Shown piece after piece: positions 51,756 through 62,400 of a stretch of 64,000 nucleotides of DNA. Position numbers and translations under genes: made by a program. Source of the DNA: an uncultured virus (IMG/VR IMGVR_UViG_3300012954_000006) (taxonomy: Duplodnaviria; Heunggongvirae; Uroviricota; Caudoviricetes). The stretch is taken from IMG/VR virus record IMGVR_UViG_3300012954_000006; one strand, 5' to 3'. A model generated the notes under the pieces. That model was not told where the DNA came from, did not search any database, and worked only from the letters and a program-made list of their open reading frames with translations. Position 1 is the first letter of the stretch. Each line of letters begins with the position of its first letter.

Positions 51756-52145
51756 CATAGGTTAGTAATTGCCTTACGCAACTTTAATATTCATGTTCTG
51801 CTTCATCCATATCACTTTCCAACACATTACAAAGATTTGTAAACGGAAGTGTTATTTTTTGATGAAACTGTTGTCGGACACTCGTTGGCTGCACTTGCCT
51901 TTCAATACCTTGTAAATCATTGTGGTAGTCGGTGCAAATACCAAAGTCCTCCTCTACTTTCTTTAAGTAGCATTGAAACTGCTGCTGTATATTTTTGGGC
52001 AAAGTATCAACAAAAGAACACACACTTGCCTTTAAGTCATCAAAAAGCATCTGGCAGTTTTCGCTAGTTACATACTCCATGACTGTACAGCCATTTTCTT
52101 GTTGCCACTCATCCATTTGTTCTAGTAAACTATTCATTATTTTTT

Positions 52146-52658
52146 TTATTTTATAGGTAAAAAAATACTTTCTACATCACTTACCTTTATCATGCTATCA
52201 ATCAGATAATTGACATAGTGTAATATAGCATACTGGCTATCATAGCGATAAATAGCATTTTCCAGCAGTTGCTTTCTAATCATACGCTGCATATCATTAT
52301 CTAATCTGTCTGCAAACTCCATCAGTACAGCATAAGTTAAACAATAATGACCTTCTCGCTCTACGGTGTCTTCTGCCTCAACACCTATATCATTTAATAG
52401 TATCTCTATCAATGTGCTTAGGGCATTATCGGTATATATGGTAAAGGCAATATAGCGGAGATATATAATAGGATTGCCACCTTCAAGTACGATACCTGCT
52501 ATCGCTAAGGTAACTTGTTTCTGTGCCAGTAGAAGTAACTTATCGCAAACCTCTATCAAATCATGGTAAGTGATTTTTTTATCATAATAAGAAAGCACCA
52601 CATCTGTAAGCAGTATCTTTCTTTTTGCTATTAGCTGATTTAAATATTTTTTAAGCAT
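52146..52658 (-). CDS. hypothetical protein (start revised to ATG 52658)
   Basis: Promoter box TATTTTTG at 52680-52687 lies in the ORF-track extension. Confidence 0.6.
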   Translation of the reverse strand: MLKKYLNQLIAKRKILLTDVVLSYYDKKITYHDLIEVCDKLLLLAQKQVTLAIAGIVLEGGNPIIYLRYIAFTIYTDNALSTLIEILLNDIGVEAEDTVEREGHYCLTYAVLMEFADRLDNDMQRMIRKQLLENAIYRYDSQYAILHYVNYLIDSMIKVSDVESIFLPIK

Positions 52659-52788
52659 ATTTTTCGTTTTTGGTTTACACAAAAATAACGAATTAATGCT
52701 TATTTTTTGAGTTTTATGATACAAAAACAAAAAAGCTTACCCAACAGTCAAATGCTAGATAAGCTTTTAAAATGCCTTTTGTTTTTAA

Positions 52789-53190
52789 TTATTCTTCCTT
52801 GAATACAATATGTGCAGAGCTATCAAACCATGCTGCTTTGTAAAATATATTCGCCACTACATTTCCTTTATCATCTAGTAAGTCGCTCCACATAGAATGG
52901 TCAGTAGCCTTTTTACTCCATCCAATAGGCAGTTCTACATCATAAAACAAATCGTCATCACTACTCTGCTGCAACACTTTAATACCTAAGCTTTCATATT
53001 GCTCCTTAGCATCAAAATAATTACCTCCAAACAATACGAACTTTTTAATAGGCAGTTGGCACGAATTAATTAACTGTTCCTGTCCTTGTCGCTCTTGCTG
53101 CTCAATGATATTTGGATTTACCCCAAATAACCATTCTGTATTAGAGCGTAAACCAGAATCTAATTCTGTGTTTTTAATTTGTTTACTCAT
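52789..53190 (-). CDS. conserved phage hypothetical protein
   Basis: LPIGWSKKATDHSMWSDLLDDKG...IFYKAAWFD pattern. Confidence 0.65.
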   Translation of the reverse strand: MSKQIKNTELDSGLRSNTEWLFGVNPNIIEQQERQGQEQLINSCQLPIKKFVLFGGNYFDAKEQYESLGIKVLQQSSDDDLFYDVELPIGWSKKATDHSMWSDLLDDKGNVVANIFYKAAWFDSSAHIVFKEE

Positions 53191-53191
53191 T

Positions 53192-54064
53192 TTATATATT
53201 TTTTATGATTAGTTGTTTTTTAACAATAACATCCTTGTCGCTAATATGTTCCTTGATTTTTTGGTAGATTTCAATTTGACTATCATTATCAAAAATTCCT
53301 CCTCTTAAATCTAATTTCTTGCCATTATCATAGCTAGTTACATTAGATATGCTACCTACAACATCACTAGCATCTATTGTAAATAGTGTTTTACGCTCTA
53401 ACGATGGCTCATCGAAAACCATGCTATACAGGCCATTATCAACATGACTATCTGAACAAGTTAGGGTACAATAATTGGGCAACATATAAGTTGCTTTTAA
53501 GTCTGTATTAATCATAGACAATATGTCGGACACCAATAAATCTGCAAAATCTATTATCATATCATAATCTTTTTTCGCAATAGCAACGCTATCCAATATT
53601 TCAACTCTATGTGTAAAGTTACGCATATCATCAATGACTAACAATTGAGGAGGCAATATATCAGAAAGCACAAGGCCGTCGCAAAACGAGTGGTATGATG
53701 AAGTAACTTTAGAGATGACATCTGTGTGTATGGCATGACAAGTATATATTACCAATTCAATATCAGATATGTCCATCTGCTGAAAATCTAACTTGAAATG
53801 CGTCATAAAAACCTCGAATCCATCATAAAATCTAAGTGTGATAGATTGCTTACTATTATCTTGCCAAATCTGATACAATTCATCGTAACAAGTAAAGTAA
53901 AGAAAATCGATATTCTTAGATTGTCTATTTTCAATGTGCATCAAATTATCTTGGACAACTTCGCTCTTATGAGCTTTTAGAAAAGCTATTTGAGTAAGCA
54001 ATAGTCTTGCTGATTTAAAAGCAATTAACTGTCTTTCTTTTTTTATTTGATTAAATAATTCCAT
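53192..54064 (-). CDS. hypothetical protein, tandem paralog 2
   Basis: Clearly homologous along its length to 54150..55007. Confidence 0.75.
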   Translation of the reverse strand: MELFNQIKKERQLIAFKSARLLLTQIAFLKAHKSEVVQDNLMHIENRQSKNIDFLYFTCYDELYQIWQDNSKQSITLRFYDGFEVFMTHFKLDFQQMDISDIELVIYTCHAIHTDVISKVTSSYHSFCDGLVLSDILPPQLLVIDDMRNFTHRVEILDSVAIAKKDYDMIIDFADLLVSDILSMINTDLKATYMLPNYCTLTCSDSHVDNGLYSMVFDEPSLERKTLFTIDASDVVGSISNVTSYDNGKKLDLRGGIFDNDSQIEIYQKIKEHISDKDVIVKKQLIIKNI

Positions 54065-54149
54065 TATTTTAAAGTTATTTTTTACAATCTAGGTAGCTTA
54101 CCTAAATATTGAGTCTATGAGTTGAATTTTAATACAACGCTACTTATAC

Positions 54150-55007
54150 TTATTGTACTTCTCTGACAATAGCACTTTTGTCGCTAATATGTGCTTTAAT
54201 TTTTTGCAACACTTTAATTTTGTCATCACAAGCCCAACCGCCATATAGTGCTATTTGCTTACCATTGTCATAATTAAATATTATATCAAACACTTTGCTG
54301 CTACCATCTTTTACAGCCATTGTAAACAAAGTTTCACGCTCTAATGATGGCTCACAGAAAATCATGTGATACACTCCATTGTCAATATCACTATCTGAAC
54401 AAGTTAGGGTGCAATAATTAGGTAATAGGTAACTTGTTTTTAAGTCAGCACCGATAATAGAGAGTATATCAGCCACTAGCAAATCCTCTACATCAACTAC
54501 CATAGCAATATATTTATCAGCAATAGTAACAATGTCTAATCGCTCAATGTTATCAATAAAACTATCCATTCCATCAAACTCTAGCAATTGAGGAGGCAAG
54601 ATGTCAGAAAACACCAAACTATCGCAAAATGACTGATATAGCAGAGGATTTTTGGCAATAACTTTCATGTATATGACATGACACGCTTCCATTACTGTTT
54701 CAGCATCTTGCATATCCATATTCTCAAAATCTAGTTTAAATTCAGTTATCAAAAAGTCGTCATCATCTGAAACCCTTACTGTAATATCCTTTTCGTTATT
54801 ATCTTGCCAAATTTGCCACTCTTCACGGTCATAGGTAAAGTACAAGTAATCGACTTGATTAGATTGCGTCCTTTTGATGTGCATTAAGTCATCTTGCATA
54901 ATATCACGCTTATAGGCTTTTAGGAAAACGATTTGTGTCAATAACAGCCTTGCTGCTTTAAAGGCAATCAACTGTCTTTCCTTTTTTATTTTATCGAATA
55001 ATTCCAT
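54150..55007 (-). CDS. hypothetical protein, tandem paralog 1
   Basis: IKKERQLIAFK.ARLLLTQI, SDILPPQLL, LPNYCTLTCSDS, EPSLER shared. Confidence 0.75.
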   Translation of the reverse strand: MELFDKIKKERQLIAFKAARLLLTQIVFLKAYKRDIMQDDLMHIKRTQSNQVDYLYFTYDREEWQIWQDNNEKDITVRVSDDDDFLITEFKLDFENMDMQDAETVMEACHVIYMKVIAKNPLLYQSFCDSLVFSDILPPQLLEFDGMDSFIDNIERLDIVTIADKYIAMVVDVEDLLVADILSIIGADLKTSYLLPNYCTLTCSDSDIDNGVYHMIFCEPSLERETLFTMAVKDGSSKVFDIIFNYDNGKQIALYGGWACDDKIKVLQKIKAHISDKSAIVREVQ

Positions 55008-55027
55008 GTTGTTGTTATTGATTAACT

Positions 55028-56029
55028 TTAAATATTAAGTCTATTACCTTTTCTATCCACATAAAAAACCTTATTATTTTGCTCAACCTTTATAACGCCT
55101 TTTTCAAAATATTGCAAGTTATCAAACTGTGCTTTTATAACTATACAACCTTTCGTATCAAGAACTCCATACTTATTGTTTTGCTTGTATTTAATTAAGC
55201 CATCTTTAACTTTATCACCAATCCAATCATAAGTAGGTTTTACAACGACATTACCTTCTATGTCTATGAGTCCATATCTTCCATTTTTCTTTATATATGT
55301 TACTCCTGCTGCAAAATTACCTACATTATCATATATCCCATCTATAATCACATTTCCATCAATATCAACAAAGCCATATTGACCATTTATTAGAAAACAT
55401 ATTAATCCCGATTCTATTTCATTCGATACCCAAGCATGAATAGGTTTAAGTATAGTTTTACCACAGTTTGAGACCAAACCTAATAATCCATCTTTTTGCG
55501 TTTGGTAAAGCCCATTATCAAGACGTGATATGGCATCATAAGTAATATAATCGGAAAGAAAGTGATTGTTTGATATGATAAACCGTCCTTTATTTTTCAG
55601 CAAAAGTACATCCACACTTTTATCAAGATACTCTATATGGTCATACTTAGTGTCTATTATTTTTCTGGCACCCAAATCAACGATTCCATATTTGCCTGCT
55701 TTTTGCACCACAAAATAACCGTGTCTTATCTCCAATGGCTCTATTTTGTCGTATAGTGGTGGTAAAGTTTTGCGGTTATTGTCATTAAAAAAACCTATTT
55801 TATCTCCATTCACTAGCCATAATAAACTACCTTCAATACTACCTTCAATGTCATCATAGATAGGAGAAAGCACTATCCTTTCTTTAGAATCTATGAGACC
55901 GTACTTATTGTCGCTACTTATAATCTTGTAATAGCCAAAATAAAAACGCTCCTTTTTAAAGGATTCCTTACCTATATAAAAGCTATCTTTATTGTTAAAC
56001 CCTAACTTATTTAAAATACTTCTAATCAT
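55028..56029 (-). CDS. WG-repeat protein
   Basis: About 7 repeats such as NGRYGLIDIEGNVVVKPTYDWI; ends FYVDRKGN. Confidence 0.9.
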   Translation of the reverse strand: MIRSILNKLGFNNKDSFYIGKESFKKERFYFGYYKIISSDNKYGLIDSKERIVLSPIYDDIEGSIEGSLLWLVNGDKIGFFNDNNRKTLPPLYDKIEPLEIRHGYFVVQKAGKYGIVDLGARKIIDTKYDHIEYLDKSVDVLLLKNKGRFIISNNHFLSDYITYDAISRLDNGLYQTQKDGLLGLVSNCGKTILKPIHAWVSNEIESGLICFLINGQYGFVDIDGNVIIDGIYDNVGNFAAGVTYIKKNGRYGLIDIEGNVVVKPTYDWIGDKVKDGLIKYKQNNKYGVLDTKGCIVIKAQFDNLQYFEKGVIKVEQNNKVFYVDRKGNRLNI

Positions 56030-56364
56030 GTCTGTTGTTTAAAAAATTTACGAACTAAATAGTTGGAAAGTAATATTGAGACTACTAAAAGTAGTAGGAC
56101 TACATTAATCATAAAAAACTTTAGCCAATTATTTATTGATACTGCCAAATATTCAATTCTATCTAATTCAGATTCACTTTTGTAATTAGATTCGTAACCG
56201 ATGGTTGTTGAGTTTTCGCACATACCTGTACTATATGTTATTTCACAGAAATCCGACTCAGTCAGTAGCTGAAACTCATCATAAGCAATAAATATATTGT
56301 AGCCGCACAAAATGCCAAAAGCAATTAATGAGTATAACACTATTTTTGTTTTAGAAAAAAACAT
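56026..56364 (-). CDS. two-helix membrane protein
   Basis: Hydrophobic N- and C-terminal segments. Confidence 0.6.
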   Translation of the reverse strand: MFFSKTKIVLYSLIAFGILCGYNIFIAYDEFQLLTESDFCEITYSTGMCENSTTIGYESNYKSESELDRIEYLAVSINNWLKFFMINVVLLLLVVSILLSNYLVRKFFKQQT

Positions 56365-57058
56365 ACTTTTTTAATTTAAAATTTCAATGTTATTATTGTT
56401 AATTAAGCAGGTCATCAAAACAATCTTTGCCTCCCCAACTTTTATATATGCCTATTATTTCTGGCGTTTGGCAATACTTGCAATATTCAATAAGATATTC
56501 TAATTCTTCTAAGTCATTATATCTGTCCCATTCAAAATAAAGGTTCATTACTTCAGGTGTTTGCAACAACTTACAATCCATAATGTATCTCGCTAGTAGT
56601 GCATAACTCCTTCCGCTAGTGTTTAAAATTAATTCTATTGGGCTAAAAGCACATTCACCAAACGCCAGATATGAATTCAATCTAGCAATATCGGACTGTA
56701 TGTCTTTATGTGTTATTTTTATCTTTAATAACTCAAGTTCTAAACTTGTTAATTTCATTTACTTTTTAATTTAAAATTTTAACGTTAGCACCATAAACTT
56801 ATTATCGCTGTACGGTGTTTTATTTGGATAGTCAATATTTGCTAGTGTCATTCCGCTTTTTACATGGTCACTTGCCACTTGCATGAGCTTCTTATAAAAA
56901 CGTGGATAGCCATATATAAAAAGCGTCTCTTTACTTTCACTAAATTGTACGTCACTAACAATGTTACCATAAAAATTATTGATACTTTGCTTTATCTCTT
57001 CTGGAGTTAAATTAATGTAACGCATAATTATTATTTGATTAATAAGTTTGTGGTATCA

Positions 57059-57154
57059 CAAATATAAAGCTTTTTTTGATTTTTTCATATTTTTAAAGCG
57101 TTTTTAAACAAAAAAATCTACTTGATAGCAACATATTACTGTCAAGTAGATTTT
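57059..57154 (-). promoter_or_regulatory. terminator + promoter cassette
   Basis: AATCTACTTGAC..TCAAGTAGATT T-tract; TATGAAAAAATCAAAAAAAGCTT-TATATTTG. Confidence 0.8.
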
Positions 57155-57171
57155 AATAGTGAGGTAGTTGT

Positions 57172-57594
57172 TTAAATCCTACCTAGTGGCTTACTGCCTT
57201 TTGAAATAATTTTCATATTTTTCAGTAAATACTCCTCTATGGCTAGTTCCCACTTATTGTTAGCAGCAGTAACACTTGTTTTGGTGGTAATTGCCTCTGA
57301 TGGTTCGTTAGCATAGAGTTCGTGTTGCGATGTGATGTGCTTTTTCCAAAATTGGTAACACGCATCTGGAGTATCAAACAAGGTGTTGTTTAAAAACTTA
57401 TCAGTTCTATTGGAATGACGAGGCTCGTAATGAAATTTGCCATCTTTGCCTAAAAGCCATTCATCCATTTTTAGAACCCAAAACTTAACGCCTGTTGTGT
57501 TCTTCCTCCGCTCTATTGTAATAAGTCTATTATGGTAAGTACATTTACCTAATTCAAAGCGAGTAGCTAGTGATAGCCATTTTTCTGTATTCAT
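57172..57594 (-). CDS. conserved phage hypothetical protein
   Basis: GKFHYEPRHSNRTDKFLNNTLF pattern. Confidence 0.65.
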   Translation of the reverse strand: MNTEKWLSLATRFELGKCTYHNRLITIERRKNTTGVKFWVLKMDEWLLGKDGKFHYEPRHSNRTDKFLNNTLFDTPDACYQFWKKHITSQHELYANEPSEAITTKTSVTAANNKWELAIEEYLLKNMKIISKGSKPLGRI

Positions 57595-57939
57595 ATTTTC
57601 ATATAATTATTTTAAGTACAAAATCAACGCTTACATACCAAGTAACAACATTAACAGCAATCATAAAAAGAGTGCTAAATGCTAGTATGATGTATTCTTG
57701 CCATAGATAAATTTTGCTTTTTCCATAAAACATTTGATGATTCTTACAACTTAACAGCAGGTCTTTGTAGTTCCATATCATTATAATACTGCTAATATAC
57801 ACCAATGCAAAACAAGCTACCAGTATCTTAATTAATAGGGGGGAGTTATCAAGTGCGTTATTGATGATATGCAAGTATTTTTTAACAGTTGTTATTCCGT
57901 GATGTTTTATCATTTTTGAGTGTATTTATGTTTAGTATA

Positions 57940-58395
57940 TTAAGGCTCTAATCTAATAAATTTATCTTCATTTCCTTCTTTAGACATATAAACAGTTCCG
58001 AAAGGTTTTAGCACTTCTGCAACAATATGAAGTATTTGTGTGCTACAACCCCAATTACCTAATGAAAAAATAACTTTATCCCCTTTGTAAATTTCAGCAT
58101 AATCATTAGAGGATGTATGAGTAACAAGCAAGCTTCTTTGCTCATCAAAAACCTTAAATCGCACACTAAATGAATTAAAGTTGGACGTATCTATTGCTTG
58201 TATGCCATTTGAAAAAGGTTTGTATTCGTCATTAACCACAACGTAATTTAACCAATTATCAATTGATGTATTTTTAGCGATATAAATATCTATTTCTTTT
58301 CTTATTCATTCATTTAGCCTTGTTGTCACTAAAGGCATAATAGACAGTATTGCTTCTTTATTTACTGCTACAAAACAAGTTTTATCTACCGACAT
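57940..58395 (-). pseudogene. hypothetical gene with single in-frame TGA
   Basis: MSVDKTCF...RLNE*IRKEID...VVNDEYKPF; TGA at 58306-58308. Confidence 0.65.
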
Positions 58396-58510
58396 AATGT
58401 TTTTAATTTAATACAATATTAGTTTCTTATAATGTTGTAATATACTAAATCTTTTCTTAACTATTTGCGATTTTTATGCTTTTTTATTCCAACACAACAA
58501 TAAAACTTAA

Positions 58511-58580
58511 AATGTCTCCTTTTTGCGTAGCGTCAGTAGTAACTATATTTATAGTTGAAAGCGATGATTCGCAAAAGAGT
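58511..58580. repeat. element family A, copy 4
   Basis: TTTTTGCGTAGCGTCAGTAGTAACTATATTTATAGTTGAAAGCGATGATTCGCAAAAG. Confidence 0.9.
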
Positions 58581-58839
58581 CATCAACTAATATAAGTCAA
58601 TGGTTCTTTTTATATTTAAAACAATTGTTCCGATGCTTATTACCAATGAGATTGTCAGATTCTGTTTCTGTAAAATCTAAAAGACCCACAGAAGCATTAT
58701 ACCATCCTACAAATAATACTAATATACCCAATAACCATCGAGACCAATGCTGATTAATGATTTCATCTTGAAACCCTAAAAACCCAGCTACACACATTAA
58801 AAATATTCCTATTAAAGTTCTCATTTTGTACATCTGTGC

Positions 58840-59285
58840 TTAATACAAATTACAAATACCTACATTTATTTCTTCAAGCAAATATTTAGAACAACCCCAA
58901 TCGTTAGAAACAAAGGCAGAGGAGTTTGTTTCTACATACACCCTATTTCTAGACGGCGGACATAGTTTTAGAATATGACTAACATACTCAAGAGCCGCAA
59001 CATCTATTTCTTCCTGTGCCTTGTAAAATGCTGCCAAATCCACCTTTGAGTGAATATCACATTCCTTACACTTGACAGCATAGTCTTTCTCAGTAGCCAT
59101 CTCTTGCATTGCGTCATATCCATCTCTCCAATCAAAAAAATGAAACAACCCAATTTACTGTACCTGCTTCTCCATATAATACAAGCATTTGCCCTAATGC
59201 CTCTGCATTGCCTTCTGCAACTATTAAATCCACATTAAGTGATTTTGTTTTTACATTCAAATATACTTGCTACATATCTTTTCAT
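58840..59285 (-). pseudogene. hypothetical gene with two apparent +1 frameshifts in T-runs
   Basis: MKRYVASI / LNVKTKSLNVDLIVAEG...NWVVSFF / DWRDGYDAMQEM joined by removing one T at each run. Confidence 0.5.
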
Positions 59286-59349
59286 ATTATTTAATTTCAT
59301 TAAAAGATATGCAAATATACTGTTTATTTTTTATATTTCAAAGTCATAC

Positions 59350-59397
59350 TTTTGCGTTCTATTTATAGAATAAGCGTTCTATAAATAGAACGCAAAA
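59350..59397. repeat. nested palindrome family B, copy 2
   Basis: Perfect 21-bp arms TTTTGCGTTCTATTTATAGAA-TAAGCG-TTCTATAAATAGAACGCAAAA. Confidence 0.9.
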
Positions 59398-59414
59398 CTT
59401 TTTAAATCCCAAAA

Positions 59415-62400
59415 CTAATTTACATACTCAAAACACGCTACAAACTCGACGCTTAACAATCCCGATACGCCCACATTACTCATTACAATAGTTTCGTTAT
59501 CACTCAACGCACCGTTCACTTCACTTGCACACACTTCATTACCGCTTACAGCACTAAAGTCAGCATCCCAAACGATTTGCGTATTTCCTACTACCACATT
59601 AGATATTTGACTGCTATAAAATTTTATAGTAACAGGTAATCCTACCACTGGCGTAAACATTACCTCAATAAAACCATTACCTCCGCAATCTAACCAACTA
59701 GGAATACTTGTAAAGTTAGTAAACAACGAGGAGGATGTTTGCATCGCTATACGATACATATTACTACCTAAGTCTAGTATATTGACAGTAAAGTTTGTAC
59801 CGCCTGCATCTACGGTTTCATTGATTGCTAGTTTCTCTATGAGATTGCAAGCACAGTTTTCGACGCTTATCATAGGTATATCATCACAATTCGTAACTTC
59901 TATCTCTGGCGTACATACCTCTGGACATATCTCAATATCAATAGGGTCATCACAGCAACAGCCATCTAATTCAAAAGGATAGCTTTGTGCGCAGTTATTG
60001 CTATCTATTATCGTTACCGTATAGCTGCCTGCTGGCAACTCACTCACATCAATTTCGCTAGTAGGAGCTGTCAATGTACCATTAGTGACTACGCCATTAG
60101 CATCTGTAATTTGATACTCATAAGGCAACTGTCCTGTTGTCGTCACAACTAATATCTTGCAGTCTCTTAATTCAACAGTTAAATCCAACGTACATTCATT
60201 ATTACAATACACCAATTGTATCAATTCTGCATCACAACACACATGCGTAAAGTGATTAACGACATTAGAGTACGCTAATAAATTGACGACTAAATCTTGT
60301 ATGTTTTCATCAGCAACAGCATAATAGTCATTAGGCTTATTTCCTGTACCATCATTACCGTCTAGCCACGCACTCTGTACACTCATAAAATTATCAGCTA
60401 AAGAAAATCCCTGATTATATTGCAAGGTAATAATACGAATACCTGCATTATGAGCCTGTTGAAAAGCATCAATTTCTTGTGTCCATGCGTTTGTCCCCCC
60501 CCCAGACATCCTTCCATCACTAATAAATATCATTATCTTTTCGGTGGCTGTTCCACCTGTTAGCTGGGCAGTAGCCATTTCAATCGCAGTATTAGCATAG
60601 GTACTGCCTCCAAAAACCATTGTATCTAACGGTGTTAGCAAATCACTTTCTGTACTACCTAAAGGAGCTTCTAAAGTAGGAGTAGATGCAAAACTAATTA
60701 ATCCAATATTGTTAGCTGTCTCATCTACACGCACCAACTGTATTAGTTGACTTACAGCACCTTTTATGTTGTTTCTTATTGTAGATACAGAGCCTGTCCT
60801 ATCCATGACTATCATTACATCTTGTGATACATGACAGTCGGTTAGACACATCTCTGTACCATTCACATCTACATCATAATTCTCATTGAAATATATCGCT
60901 CCGTCACTTGCTGTTGCGGTAAAGCAATTGGGCGAAGTAGGCGTAACAGTCATTGCCTCCTCACAGCATCCTAAGCACTTCAAATTCATATACATCTGTA
61001 CTGGACAGCTACCATCTTTTAAAGTTACTAGCACAATTAAATCGCCATCGCTGGCTTGATGACTGAAATACAGCCTACCAGAACCACGCATAATGTCCGT
61101 TTGCGACAAACTATTATTATAACCATCTGATACATCGCCTGTATAGGTGTAATAGATACTCCAAAAATCCGCAAAGGTAGTAAGTGTCGCTACCATTCCT
61201 AAATCAGCTACACTATATTCGTAAGGGTCAATAGCGGATGCTTTGCTGTTGATGTTTGACCAAAAGCCTTCAGTATCTTGCATGTTAGAACACGAATTGC
61301 CTGTTTCCGCAATACCAATATAAGGGCTTCTTGCTAAGATGACTGCTCCGCTTCTAAATATTGTCACTCGTGCTGCTGCACCGCCTAAGAAGCTAAAATC
61401 CAACCAATAGTTTCCATCTGGTAAAGTCATTCTTAGGCTATAACTACTAGACAGTTGATGATACAATGGAATAGACAAACAACCTATCTCATTAGGAGGG
61501 TCTTGTGGAGTATCATCTTCTAATGGAATATCTAAATCGGTACTACACCCACCAACAACACTTTGTATGTTAAAGTTAATAAACAACAGTCCACTACATA
61601 CGTTTTGGTCATATTGAAAAGCTCGACATATCGTACCATATTGCGTAATAGTGCCTGTTAAGTCTGTACTATCTACGCCTGAAACCAATCCTACGGACAC
61701 GTCACAACCTGTTGGTTTTGTAATTCCAAAAGTGTAATTCATAGGTAATGTACCATCAGTAACCGTGATACACACCTTTTTGGTAATCACAGGCGGAATT
61801 TCTCTAACTACTGTCACATTACTATATATTTGCGGGTCTATACAGTCAGGCAAGAAAGAACAAGGTGTAAGGCTTATTGTGCCTATCGTACTGTAACAGT
61901 TGGGGTTGATGCCGCTCATATTAGTAACTACTAAGGTAGCAGGTAGCTGATTACTATTTAGCGTAAAATGTATGATGCCATTTCCTGTAAAGTCTGTAAT
62001 GACTTCGCCTAAAGCAGTAATAATTTGATAGCTGACATCTCCTCCTGTATATAACTGCCCATCACACAACACATGAGCAACTACATCAGCGATATCACCT
62101 ACACAGTTTTGCTCAACAAGCACCAACTCATAGTCATTTTCGCACTCCTCGCTACAAGGCTCACAGTCCGAAGGTTCGCAGGGGTCACAACAAAACACAT
62201 CTACTGGTGCCGAGGTTTTCCAGTCCGAGTATAAGATGTTACCATCACTATCAATGCCACACACAGAACGCACTCTAATAACATATACTGTACAGCCTAA
62301 TAGAATATTGGGGTCAATATACAAATCTACTTCATCATTGTCGCCTATATTGATAGTAGGTGTAAGATAATCCTGCCATGATAACGCATTTCCAGCAGCA

